Source: Bacteroidaceae bacterium (lineage in GTDB: Bacteria > Pseudomonadota > Alphaproteobacteria > RF32 > CAG-239). Taken from it: a stretch of 64,000 nucleotides of DNA. The stretch spans positions 931 to 64,930 of the forward strand of contig CAVIDY010000005.1 in the NCBI GenBank assembly GCA_963641885.1. The letters are read 5' to 3'. The translations under genes and the position numbers were made by a program. Below, in pieces: positions 49,566-58,438 of this stretch (position 1 is the first letter of the stretch; every line of letters begins with the position of its first letter). Below the pieces are notes generated by a model. That model saw only the letters and a list, made by a program, of their open reading frames with translations. It did no database searches and was not told the origin of the DNA.

Positions 49566-50111
49566 ATGAAAAATAACAAAACTTCTGAGTTTAACTGGTG
49601 GGTAGAATGGTGTAAATCTCTTTCCTGCAAAAATCATCTTAGTGTGCAAAATATTGAAGATGTTTTTGCTATTCTTCAAAAGCCGGAGCTGAAATTGTTG
49701 AGTATAAAAGAATGTACCATTCTGCTGGTTCATCATTTTGCTGAAAACAAAGCCAAAGAGTTTTTTCCCGAAAAGGACACTAGCTCTGTTTTGCTTGACG
49801 TGTACAAATCGTTAAAGCTTATCCGCAAAGATAAAGTGGCGCGTCTTTTTACCAATATTTTCAAAAACGCCGAAGCTTTTACCGAACCTTTACCAGCTCT
49901 TTACCGAGGCTTCAAGAAAAAGGCTGCGGAAAAAAATGTGGACGCTGTTCTCAACAGGTTGTGTGAGTTAATCTATAAGGAAGATACTGTTCCTCAAGTT
50001 AAAACCCGCGACATACCTATACCTGTTTTGGCGTTTTATATTTTAACATTTATGGTTCAGTGCTATTATATGGTTGAAACCAGCCACTTCCTTAGGAAGG
50101 TACTGAACTGA
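49566..50111 (+). CDS. Hypothetical protein (orphan)
   Basis: A 181-aa ORF followed by a hairpin terminator. No family was recognised. Confidence 0.55.
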   Translation: MKNNKTSEFNWWVEWCKSLSCKNHLSVQNIEDVFAILQKPELKLLSIKECTILLVHHFAENKAKEFFPEKDTSSVLLDVYKSLKLIRKDKVARLFTNIFKNAEAFTEPLPALYRGFKKKAAEKNVDAVLNRLCELIYKEDTVPQVKTRDIPIPVLAFYILTFMVQCYYMVETSHFLRKVLN

Positions 50112-50119
50112 TTATGCGA

Positions 50120-50156
50120 AAAAAAATTTCCGATTTCAAAAGTCGGAAGTTTTTTA
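50120..50156. terminator. Bidirectional intrinsic terminator
   Basis: TTCCGA (50128-50133) pairs with TCGGAA (50143-50148), flanked by A-run and T-run. Confidence 0.75.
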
Positions 50157-50597
50157 TTATTCAAAGTTTTCTACACTGCGGTGATGAGTTTCAAAATCTT
50201 TAACCACAATCGTGGTCACATCGGCTTTGGAATATTTTTGAAAGATCAAGCCGTGTCCCAAACATTGTCCGACGTTGATATTAAATTCCGTGCCGCATTG
50301 GTTCAGATAATCAGCTTGTGAAATCGGATCGCAGGACGGACCTTTTAACTCACTGGAAATTGTTTCACCGTTCAGCTCGCTATCGCGGCAACTCATGGAA
50401 TAGACCTCAAATCCTGCTTCTTCTAAAATTTCCTTTAAATGAGCCGCATATTTTTGCATAAAAAAACAATTTGCAATGCCCAGCTTGTGATAGCCGCTGA
50501 GTTTTGCAAAATCAATCAGTTCTTTCAGGCGTGACTTGTTGCAGGCGAGAGCAGAAATATTCATTCTTTTAATATCTTCATCTGTATATTCAGTCAT
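50157..50597 (-). CDS. DUF1847 metal-binding protein
   Basis: The size and Cys pattern (ALACN..., GIANCFF, SCRD, GPSCDP, GQCLGHG) are as remembered for DUF1847. Confidence 0.65.
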   Translation of the reverse strand: MTEYTDEDIKRMNISALACNKSRLKELIDFAKLSGYHKLGIANCFFMQKYAAHLKEILEEAGFEVYSMSCRDSELNGETISSELKGPSCDPISQADYLNQCGTEFNINVGQCLGHGLIFQKYSKADVTTIVVKDFETHHRSVENFE

Positions 50598-50636
50598 ATT
50601 TTCCTCCTAAAAAAACTGATTGTTTTTTTTATATTC

Positions 50637-52718
50637 TTATTGGTCTAAGAACGAGCGCAGGCGTTTTGAGCGGCTAGGGTGCTTCAGCTTGCGCAATGCT
50701 TTTGCCTCAATTTGACGAATACGCTCACGGGTAACGTTGAATTGCTTGCCGACTTCTTCCAAAGTGTGGTCGGTGTTCATGCCGATACCGAAACGCATAC
50801 GCAAAACTCGCTCTTCTCTAGGCGTTAATGAAGACAAAATCTTGGTGCAGGTTTCCTTTAGGTTGGAATGGATTGCCACGTCCAAAGGCTGCAAAGCGCT
50901 TTCATCTGCAATAAAATCACCCAAAGAAGAATCTTCTTCATCACCAACCGGAGCTTCCAAGCTGACAGGTTCTTTAGCAATTTTCATAACTTTGCGGATT
51001 TTATCCAAAGGCATAGACAAACGTTTAGCCAGTTCTTCAGGCACCGGCTCACGTCCCATTTCTGAAAGCATCTGTCGAGAAGTGCGCACCAGTTTATTGA
51101 TGGTTTCAATCATATGGACCGGAATACGAATTGTGCGGGCTTGATCGGCAATAGAACGGGTGATAGCCTGTCTAATCCACCAGGTTGCATAAGTAGAAAA
51201 CTTGTAGCCGCGGCGATATTCAAATTTATCTACGGCTTTCATCAAGCCGATGTTGCCTTCTTGAATCAAATCCAAAAACTGCATGCCGCGGTTTGTGTAT
51301 TTTTTAGCAATAGAAATAACCAAGCGCAGGTTAGCCTCAATCATTTCTTTTTTAGCGCGTTCCGCTTCACGTTCGCCTTTTTTGATTGTGTCCACCATTT
51401 TGCGATATTCGCTGATTGGCAAGCCGCATTCTTGCGCCATTTGCGCCACGTTACTGCGGATTTCAATGATTTCATCTTTGTATTTTTCTATAAACGCAGC
51501 CCAGTGCTTATCTTTTTTAAGAGAAATTTTATCAAGCCAATTCGGGTCGAGTTCAGATTTTTGGTAAGCTTCCAAAAAGTCTTCGCGTTTAATTTTGCAA
51601 GACAAAGCATAGCGCAGCAGTTTGCCTTCTTGCCCCATCAAACGTTTGTTCATTTCATTCAGTTGTTCAACCAACTGTTCAACTTTATTGCTGTTCAAAT
51701 GAATGGAACTCATCAGCTCAACCAATTCTTTTTTGAGCTTCAGATATTTCTTTTCGGTTGCCGGAATAATCTTGCGACCAGCTAAAATTGCTGCCATGCG
51801 TGAGCTTTGAACTTTTTTCAAATCATCATAGTAGCTGGCTATTTTGTTCAGTGTTTCCAAAACCGGTTCAAGCAGCATGCTTTCCATTGCGGAAACAGAA
51901 GTAGAGGCGTGGCTGCCGCTTTCTTCGTCTTCATTTTCTCCGCCTTCTTCGGCAGCATCTTCATCGTCCAAATTTTCCATGCTGTCGTCGGCGTCGTCCA
52001 TATCGTCGGCAACGTCGCCGTCCAGTTCAATATCCGTATCTAAATCATCGTCGATGTCGTCTAAATTCTTTTCGTTTAGTTCTTTGGTGACTTTTTCCAA
52101 ATCATCAACACCAGTATTTTCCGGTTCATCGTCATAAACCATCGCTTCGGTGTCATCACCATACATAACTTCCAAATCGACAATATCGCGCAGCTGCATA
52201 GTTCCTGCAACCAGCTCATCGCGCCAGCCTGAAATTGCTTTAATTGTCATCGGGCTCTCGCACAAACCGCCAATCATAACGGTTTTACCGGCTTCAATAC
52301 GTTTGGAAATGGCAATTTCGCCTTCACGGGAAAGCAGCTCCACCAGTCCCATTTCTTTCAAATACATGCGAACAGGGTCATCGGAATGACCGGCATCTTT
52401 GGTGTCGATGTTGCCGGATTCTTCGTCCATATCGTCATCATCGTCATAATCATATTCATCGGAATTTTCTTCCGCGTCATCAATATCCGAATCGGAAGTA
52501 ATATTGATACCCATATCCGAAATAGAAGACATAATATCTTCTAGTTTGTCGGAAGATTGTTTATCCGGCGGCAAAACTTTATTAAGTTCTTCCATGGTGA
52601 TATAACCAAGTTTTTTGCCTTTGGCAAGCAGATGTCTGAAAGCCGTGCTCATAGCTTCAGCGTTAACGGAGTCTGTACCATCGTTTTCGTACAAGTCCTG
52701 ATTTTCTTTATCTGACAT
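50637..52718 (-). CDS. rpoD: RNA polymerase sigma factor RpoD (sigma70)
   Basis: A region 1.1 acidic N-terminus and a long acidic non-conserved region are present, together with region 2 ([58 protein letters not shown]) and region 4 ([24 protein letters not shown]). Confidence 0.98.
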   Translation of the reverse strand: MSDKENQDLYENDGTDSVNAEAMSTAFRHLLAKGKKLGYITMEELNKVLPPDKQSSDKLEDIMSSISDMGINITSDSDIDDAEENSDEYDYDDDDDMDEESGNIDTKDAGHSDDPVRMYLKEMGLVELLSREGEIAISKRIEAGKTVMIGGLCESPMTIKAISGWRDELVAGTMQLRDIVDLEVMYGDDTEAMVYDDEPENTGVDDLEKVTKELNEKNLDDIDDDLDTDIELDGDVADDMDDADDSMENLDDEDAAEEGGENEDEESGSHASTSVSAMESMLLEPVLETLNKIASYYDDLKKVQSSRMAAILAGRKIIPATEKKYLKLKKELVELMSSIHLNSNKVEQLVEQLNEMNKRLMGQEGKLLRYALSCKIKREDFLEAYQKSELDPNWLDKISLKKDKHWAAFIEKYKDEIIEIRSNVAQMAQECGLPISEYRKMVDTIKKGEREAERAKKEMIEANLRLVISIAKKYTNRGMQFLDLIQEGNIGLMKAVDKFEYRRGYKFSTYATWWIRQAITRSIADQARTIRIPVHMIETINKLVRTSRQMLSEMGREPVPEELAKRLSMPLDKIRKVMKIAKEPVSLEAPVGDEEDSSLGDFIADESALQPLDVAIHSNLKETCTKILSSLTPREERVLRMRFGIGMNTDHTLEEVGKQFNVTRERIRQIEAKALRKLKHPSRSKRLRSFLDQ

Positions 52719-52919
52719 AACGTTCCCTAAAAAATCGATTTTTATCCATAGCGGACAATATAAATTGCTAGCGACTAATTTTTAGTTAATTTTATTTAAT
52801 TTGTCAATATCTGCTTTTCAAGATTCGGTGATTTTTTATAAATAATAATATTTAGTCAAAGATTAAAGATTTTATAAGGTATTTGCGTTAAAATTTTCTT
52901 TTGAAAATGGAGAATATTG

Positions 52920-53441
52920 ATGAAAATTCTGTCGTATATCGGAGTGTTTGCTGGCGCGTTCGTTTTAACTTTGCTTTTGTTTAGCGGTTTTATCCCGCAT
53001 AACATAGAAAAATTGCCTGATATAGATAAAATTGAGGTGCGGAAATCAGTTCGGAAGCTGCAGCTTTATTCAAATGGAAAAATTGTAAAAAGCTATGATG
53101 TGGCTTTGGGACGCAATCCGGTCGGTCATAAGCAGCGGGAAGGTGATTCTAAAACTCCAGAGGGAACATATTATATTACTCATCACAATCTCCGCAGCGC
53201 CTATCATTTATCTTTAGGTATTTCCTATCCGAATGAAAAAGATAAGGCAAATGCCGAAAAGCTAGGCGTTTCTGCCGGTGGAAACATTATGATTCACGGA
53301 CTTCCTAATTATGCGCCGTTTTTTGGACGTCTGTATCGCTTGAGAGACTGGACGCAAGGCTACATCGCCGTAAATAATCAGGAAATAGAAGAAATTTACG
53401 CAGCAGTAAAAGACGGTACTATTATCGAAATTTTACCTTAA
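52920..53441 (+). CDS. L,D-transpeptidase (YkuD) family protein with Tyr at the expected catalytic Cys position
   Basis: LGRNPVGHKQREGDSKTPEGTYYI...IMIHG...DWTQGYIAVNNQEIEEIY matches the YkuD family, which I remember as DWT(D)GCIA(L/V). The nucleophile codon here is TAC (53361-53363). Confidence 0.75.
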   Translation: MKILSYIGVFAGAFVLTLLLFSGFIPHNIEKLPDIDKIEVRKSVRKLQLYSNGKIVKSYDVALGRNPVGHKQREGDSKTPEGTYYITHHNLRSAYHLSLGISYPNEKDKANAEKLGVSAGGNIMIHGLPNYAPFFGRLYRLRDWTQGYIAVNNQEIEEIYAAVKDGTIIEILP

Positions 53442-53455
53442 AAATAAATGTGCAC

Positions 53456-53494
53456 AAAAAAATAAAGGCGGATTGTTGTTTACGCCTTTTTTTA
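53456..53494. terminator. Bidirectional intrinsic terminator
   Basis: AAAGGCG (53464-53470) pairs with CGCCTTT (53483-53489), followed by a T-run. Confidence 0.75.
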
Positions 53495-53505
53495 GTTTTG
53501 TTAAA

Positions 53506-54366
53506 TTACTTTATATTGCACCCTTCTTTTTTGCGGTCTTCGCGTTTGCGCAAAACTTCCAAATCGCGGTCGGTAGCGATTTTGTTCAAAATGGTTTTGA
53601 CAACACAGTCAATTTCTTTACCTTCACGGTAATCAGCGGCTAAAGCAAAGTTAACTCGGTTGTCTTTCAGCAGCTTGAAGGCTTTTTCTTTGTGATGACT
53701 GCGCGGTTTATAAACTGCAATTGCCGTGCCGTTATGCTCTTTTACCATACGCATGGACGGAATATCGGTCAACCCGTCGCCAAAATAAATGATACGGCTG
53801 AACGGAATACGGCGTTTGTCATCTGGGGTATAATCATTTACAGCCTTGTCTTCAAATTTGCCTAAACCTTTGTTAATTTTAGAAAGATACTGCACCTTGC
53901 CGGAATAATTAACCACGCGCGCCGGCCAAACTGGCAAGCCTTCTTCATTATAGGCAAAAGCGCAGCCATATACGTCTTTGAAAAACTTACGGATGCTGCA
54001 GCCCTCAATAATTTCCTCATAGCCAGATGAAATTATATAATGTTCAATATCCAGCCCCAAAGTTTTGCCGTAGGCGTTGATGCGTTCAAACCATTCGGTT
54101 ACACCTTTGAAAAAAACAATAAACTCTCCGCAGCAGAACATATTTTCTTTAGTCAGCTTTAAGCCGGTTTCTTCCGCCGTTTTTTTAAAGTAATACATGC
54201 TCCCGGTCACTTGATCCACGCCGTTTGCCTCTGACCAAGCGTTAGCCTCTTTCCAAAAATTTTCGGGTTTCATTCCCAATTCCGGAATCAAAAAATAATC
54301 CTGCATATAAGTTGTACTAAGCGTTTCGTCAAAATCATAAGCAAACGCCACTTTTGTTCTCTTCAT
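53506..54366 (-). CDS. HAD-superfamily hydrolase-like protein
   Basis: The DxDxT motif is present in VAFAYDFDETLS, with a later GDGLTD motif. The start is trimmed to ATG 54366, behind AGAGGGA. Confidence 0.7.
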   Translation of the reverse strand: MKRTKVAFAYDFDETLSTTYMQDYFLIPELGMKPENFWKEANAWSEANGVDQVTGSMYYFKKTAEETGLKLTKENMFCCGEFIVFFKGVTEWFERINAYGKTLGLDIEHYIISSGYEEIIEGCSIRKFFKDVYGCAFAYNEEGLPVWPARVVNYSGKVQYLSKINKGLGKFEDKAVNDYTPDDKRRIPFSRIIYFGDGLTDIPSMRMVKEHNGTAIAVYKPRSHHKEKAFKLLKDNRVNFALAADYREGKEIDCVVKTILNKIATDRDLEVLRKREDRKKEGCNIK

Positions 54367-54450
54367 CTTTAATCCCTCTTGCATTTTCTAAAATTATACA
54401 GTAAAACAAACTTATTAAAAAACATTAAAGAGAAAGAAGGATTTAAAATT

Positions 54451-55809
54451 ATGGTAGCAACTTCTATGGACCAGTTGGTTTCTTTGTGCAAAAGAAGAGG
54501 TTTTATTTTTCAAAATGCCGATATTTACGGCGGTATGCAAGGCGTTTATGATTATGGTCCGCTTGGTGTAGAACTCAAAAACAATCTGAAAGCCGCTTGG
54601 TGGCGTGCTATGGTTTATGAGCGCGATGATGTAGAGGGTTTGGACGCCGCTATTTTAACCAACCGCAAAGTTTTGAAATATTCCGGACACGAAGATACTT
54701 TTTCTGACCCGATGGTAGATTGCAAAAAGTGTAAAGGACGTTTCCGTGCCGACCAAATCGGCGGCAAATGCCCTGTATGCGGATCAACTGACTTAACCGA
54801 ACCGCGTCCGTTTAACCTGATGTTTAAAACTCAAGTCGGACCAGTGGAAAGCGATGAAAATATTGCCTATCTGCGTCCGGAAACCGCACAGGCTATTTTT
54901 ACGCAGTTCAAAAACGTGATAGATTCCACCTCCCGCAAACTGCCTTTCGGTATTGCGCAAATCGGCAAGTCTTTTCGCAACGAAATTACTCCGCGTAACT
55001 TTATTTTCCGCGTGCGTGAATTTGAACAAGCCGAATTGGAATATTTTGTTTCGCCTGGCACCGATATGGAATGGCATGAAAAGTGGAAGGAAACCCGTAT
55101 TCAATGGTGGTTGGATCAAGGTCTGGTTAAAGAGCATATGAATATCTATAAAACTCCGGACGACGATTTAGCGCACTATGCCAAAGCCTGCTATGATATT
55201 GAATATCAATTTCCGCATGGCATGGAAGAGCTGGAAGGTATTGCTAACCGCCGCGATTATGATTTGGGTAATCACACCAAGAATCAAAGTGAATTCCAGC
55301 TGGAGGCTCATTGCCATGCCAATCCGGATTCTACCACAAAATTGTGCATTCAGGACGAAAACGGCAAATGGGTTATTCCGTTTGTGATTGAGCCGTCTAT
55401 GGGGGTTGATAGAGGCGTTTTGGCAGTGCTGACCGAAGCTTATACAGAAGAAGATTTAGGCGACGGCAACAGTCGTGTGGTTTTAAAACTTAAAAAACAC
55501 TTGGCGCCGATTAAAGTGGCGATTATTCCGCTGAAAAAGAATAATGAGCAGATTATGGCAAAGTGCCACGAACTGAAAAAGCAGTTAATGAAACTGGGTA
55601 TCGGACGCGTAGCTTTGGAAAACACCGGTAACATCGGCAAGGCTTACCGCCGTCATGATGAAGTCGGAACTCCGCTGTGCTTGACTGTTGACTTTGAAAC
55701 CATTGAACAGCAGCCGGAAAGCGTAACTTTGCGCGACCGTGATACTATGGAGCAAATCCGCGTTAATACCGCTGATTTGGGCGATTACCTGCGCAACTAC
55801 TTTTTATAA
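54451..55809 (+). CDS. glyQS: Glycine--tRNA ligase, dimeric GlyQS type
   Basis: [38 protein letters not shown] and the class II motifs ([25 protein letters not shown]) are present. The start is at ATG 54451. Confidence 0.93.
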   Translation: MVATSMDQLVSLCKRRGFIFQNADIYGGMQGVYDYGPLGVELKNNLKAAWWRAMVYERDDVEGLDAAILTNRKVLKYSGHEDTFSDPMVDCKKCKGRFRADQIGGKCPVCGSTDLTEPRPFNLMFKTQVGPVESDENIAYLRPETAQAIFTQFKNVIDSTSRKLPFGIAQIGKSFRNEITPRNFIFRVREFEQAELEYFVSPGTDMEWHEKWKETRIQWWLDQGLVKEHMNIYKTPDDDLAHYAKACYDIEYQFPHGMEELEGIANRRDYDLGNHTKNQSEFQLEAHCHANPDSTTKLCIQDENGKWVIPFVIEPSMGVDRGVLAVLTEAYTEEDLGDGNSRVVLKLKKHLAPIKVAIIPLKKNNEQIMAKCHELKKQLMKLGIGRVALENTGNIGKAYRRHDEVGTPLCLTVDFETIEQQPESVTLRDRDTMEQIRVNTADLGDYLRNYFL

Positions 55810-55826
55810 GTTTTAAGGTATTTAGT

Positions 55827-55858
55827 AAAAAGGCAGAGATTTTATTCTCTGCCTTTTC
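55827..55858. terminator. Bidirectional intrinsic terminator
   Basis: AGGCAGAGA (55831-55839) pairs with TCTCTGCCT (55846-55854), followed by T's. Confidence 0.8.
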
Positions 55859-56531
55859 ATTTTGTAAATTCTATATGTTTTATATTTGGGCGTTCTTTCG
55901 ACCATTGGATATTTTCTTTCACGACTTTTGCGGGAGAGCCTGCAATAACGGAATTTGCTTTATGTTTGTTTGAAATAGAAGAGGTCACAACGCTGCCCCA
56001 ACCAATAACGCAGTCATCTGCTATTTTTGTGTTTTTACCAATTTTAACATCTTTGCCTATCCAGACGTGTTTGCCAATAACAACTTCTTTCCCGATATTC
56101 AGAATATTGCCGTTATTGTCGTGAATGCTATGTGTATCTGTGCACCAAATATCAATGCCGGAAGACAATAAGCAATTTTCACCCAGGCTGATTTTAGAAT
56201 TATCTTCGGCGCAAAACAGCGAGCTTTTTCCGCATATATTGACGCCGGTTTCCAAAATTATGCAAGCATTGTTTGTCGGCGTATCTTTAATTCCAATGCT
56301 TAAAACAGCGCCGTAAATCTCACAATTTTCTTTAATCAGAATATTATTGTTGTTTCCGTAAATTGTAATATTCAAATCATCATATTTAACATTGTCGGCT
56401 ATTTCAATTTTGTTGTTATTTCCTATTATTTTAATTTTTCCATAACGGTTGATTTTAGGCAGGCAGAGAATATTTCCTTTGCCCTTGATTTTCTTTTGAA
56501 ATTTTTTAAATGATAAAATATTAAACAGCAT
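55857..56531 (-). CDS. Hexapeptide-repeat (left-handed beta-helix) acyltransferase
   Basis: Repeated [LIV]G-x4 hexapeptides are present (VVIGKHVWIGKDVKIGKNTKIADDCVIGWGSVV). The gene is visibly more AT-rich than its neighbours. Confidence 0.75.
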   Translation of the reverse strand: MLFNILSFKKFQKKIKGKGNILCLPKINRYGKIKIIGNNNKIEIADNVKYDDLNITIYGNNNNILIKENCEIYGAVLSIGIKDTPTNNACIILETGVNICGKSSLFCAEDNSKISLGENCLLSSGIDIWCTDTHSIHDNNGNILNIGKEVVIGKHVWIGKDVKIGKNTKIADDCVIGWGSVVTSSISNKHKANSVIAGSPAKVVKENIQWSKERPNIKHIEFTK

Positions 56532-56549
56532 AACAAAAGCACTCCTTGT

Positions 56550-57008
56550 TTATTTTTTTCTTTTACTTTTGAAAAAATCTTGTAGAAGCTTTGCACATTC
56601 ATCGGCAAGAACGCCTCCTTGCACTTTTGGGCGGTGATGACAGGTCGGAGATTCATAAAATTTTACTCCGCTTGTGACTGCTCCGCCTTTTTCATCGGCA
56701 GCGCCAAAGTAAAGATGTTCGATGCGGGCAAAAGAAATGGCAGCGGCGCACATCGTGCAGGGCTCAAGCGTAACATACATATCCATATTCCACAACCGCG
56801 GTTGGTTAAGTTTGCTGCAGGCTTTTTGAATGGCTAAAATTTCCGCATGCGAGGTGGCGTCTCCTTCATGGGCGCTTTGATTATATGCTTGCGCCACAAT
56901 TTCATCGGTTTGTGGATTTACTATAACCGCGCCGACGGGAACTTCATCTTTTTTTGCCGCGGTTTCCGCCAAAAATAATGCCGTGCGCATATAATTTTCT
57001 TTTTCCAT
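56550..57008 (-). CDS. tadA: tRNA adenosine(34) deaminase TadA
   Basis: The motifs HAEILAI and PCTMCAAAI are present, and the size is about 150 aa. Confidence 0.9.
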   Translation of the reverse strand: MEKENYMRTALFLAETAAKKDEVPVGAVIVNPQTDEIVAQAYNQSAHEGDATSHAEILAIQKACSKLNQPRLWNMDMYVTLEPCTMCAAAISFARIEHLYFGAADEKGGAVTSGVKFYESPTCHHRPKVQGGVLADECAKLLQDFFKSKRKK

Positions 57009-57086
57009 TGTTTTCTTTCTCAGTTCACTATTTTTTCATAAATTCAGTTTAGTATATTTTAAAAATATGAAAAAAGGAAGAATAAA

Positions 57087-57809
57087 ATGGCTGAAAGACT
57101 AGCTAAATTTATGGCGCGCAGCGGAGTTTGTTCGCGCCGCGATGCCGAAGAACTGATAAAGCAAAAAAGAGTAACTGTTAACGGCGAAATTGTTGATACT
57201 CCGGCGTTTAATGTGGAAGGAAACGAAAAAATCCTGCTTGACGGCGAAAAACTGCCGGAAATAGAACAAACTAGATTGTGGCTATATCATAAACCGGCGG
57301 GACTTTTGACCACCCATAAAGACACCGAAGCTCGAGCTACGGTGTTTGACCATTTGCCGGCGGGTATGCCAAGGGTTATCAGCGTGGGAAGGCTTGATTT
57401 AAATTCGGAAGGATTGCTGCTTTTAACCAATAACGGCGAACTGTCACGTAAGCTGGAATTGCCTGAAAACGGCTGGAGCCGACGCTATAAAGTGCGCGTG
57501 CATGGCTTTGTTAACAAAAAGAAACTAGAAGATTTGGCTAAGGGCACTGTTGTAGATGGTATAAATTATGGATCGGTTAAAGCCGAATTGGAAAGTCAAA
57601 ACGGTACTAACAGCTGGCTTATTGTTACCTTGAATGAAGGAAAAAACAGAGAGATTCGCAAGCTGATGAAATCTATAGGTTTGGAAGTGGCGCGCTTGAT
57701 TCGGCTTTCCTACGGACCATTCCAGCTGGGCAGCCTGAAAAAAGGCGAGGTGAGGGAAGTTCCGCAGAAAGTGTTGAAAGAACAGCTTGGAAGCAAGGTG
57801 AATTTATGA
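57087..57809 (+). CDS. rRNA pseudouridine synthase (RsuA/RluB family)
   Basis: The S4 domain (RLAKFMARSGVCSRRDAEELI) and the catalytic motif GRLDLNSEGLLLLTNNG are present. Confidence 0.9.
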   Translation: MAERLAKFMARSGVCSRRDAEELIKQKRVTVNGEIVDTPAFNVEGNEKILLDGEKLPEIEQTRLWLYHKPAGLLTTHKDTEARATVFDHLPAGMPRVISVGRLDLNSEGLLLLTNNGELSRKLELPENGWSRRYKVRVHGFVNKKKLEDLAKGTVVDGINYGSVKAELESQNGTNSWLIVTLNEGKNREIRKLMKSIGLEVARLIRLSYGPFQLGSLKKGEVREVPQKVLKEQLGSKVNL

Positions 57810-58357
57810 GAATTGTAGCAGGACAATATCGCGGTAAAAAGCTGTGGACGCCGGAAGGAAAAGAAGTTCGTCCCACTTCTGAACGGGCGCGGGAAGCGAT
57901 TTTTAATATTTTAAATTCGCACTTGGGCAGCGACTACAGCGCTGTTCGTTTAGCAGATATTTTTGCCGGTACTGGAGCTTTCGGACTCGAAGCTCTATCT
58001 CGAGGTGCAGCAACGGTTACATTGGTGGATAAAGATACTTCTTTAGCGGCTAAAAATGCTAAAATGTTTGTAAAAGAACAGGCTAAAATAAAGCTGGTTA
58101 AAGCCGACGCCTTAAATTTGCCTCGCTTGCACTATAAATTTAATATGGTGTTTATGGACGCTCCATATTCCAAAGGATTAACGGAAGTAGTGCTTAAACA
58201 GCTGATAGAAAAAGATTGGTTTGAGCAGAATTCTTTGTGTATTGTCGAAATAAAAAAAGATGAACATATTGATATTCCGCAAGAATATGAACTTTTAGAT
58301 GAACGGGTTTATGGCTTGGCGCGGATTTTGTTCTTGGATCCTAAAATTGCAAAATAG
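57806..58357 (+). CDS. rsmD: 16S rRNA (guanine966-N2)-methyltransferase RsmD
   Basis: MRIVAGQYRGKKL..PTSERAREAIFNIL, DIFAGTGAFGLEALSRGA and DAPY motifs are present. Confidence 0.9.
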   Translation: MRIVAGQYRGKKLWTPEGKEVRPTSERAREAIFNILNSHLGSDYSAVRLADIFAGTGAFGLEALSRGAATVTLVDKDTSLAAKNAKMFVKEQAKIKLVKADALNLPRLHYKFNMVFMDAPYSKGLTEVVLKQLIEKDWFEQNSLCIVEIKKDEHIDIPQEYELLDERVYGLARILFLDPKIAK

Positions 58358-58438
58358 TTGTTTTTTGTCAAAAAGTGGGTTGATATATACAAAAAAATAT
58401 GCTAAATTATGGATAAATTAAAAAGAAAAGAGGTTGTC

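Noticed and set aside
51114-52389. Several plus-strand ORFs (51114..51785, 51844..52137, 52150..52389).
   Set aside because: They are antisense to rpoD, and their Ser/Phe-rich sequences mirror the acidic rpoD insert. They are not credible genes.
52719-52916. Replication-origin-like features, suggested by a near-consensus DnaA box (TTATCCATA) in the AT-rich rpoD upstream region.
   Set aside because: There is a single imperfect box, with no cluster of boxes and no dnaA or dnaN nearby. The region is adequately explained by divergent promoters, for example TTGACA-17-TAAAAT for rpoD.
54385-54450. A T-box leader upstream of the Firmicutes-type glyQS.
   Set aside because: Only about 65 nt of AT-rich spacer lies between the divergent HAD gene and glyQS. 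This is far too short for a T-box, and no specifier or T-box sequence is visible.
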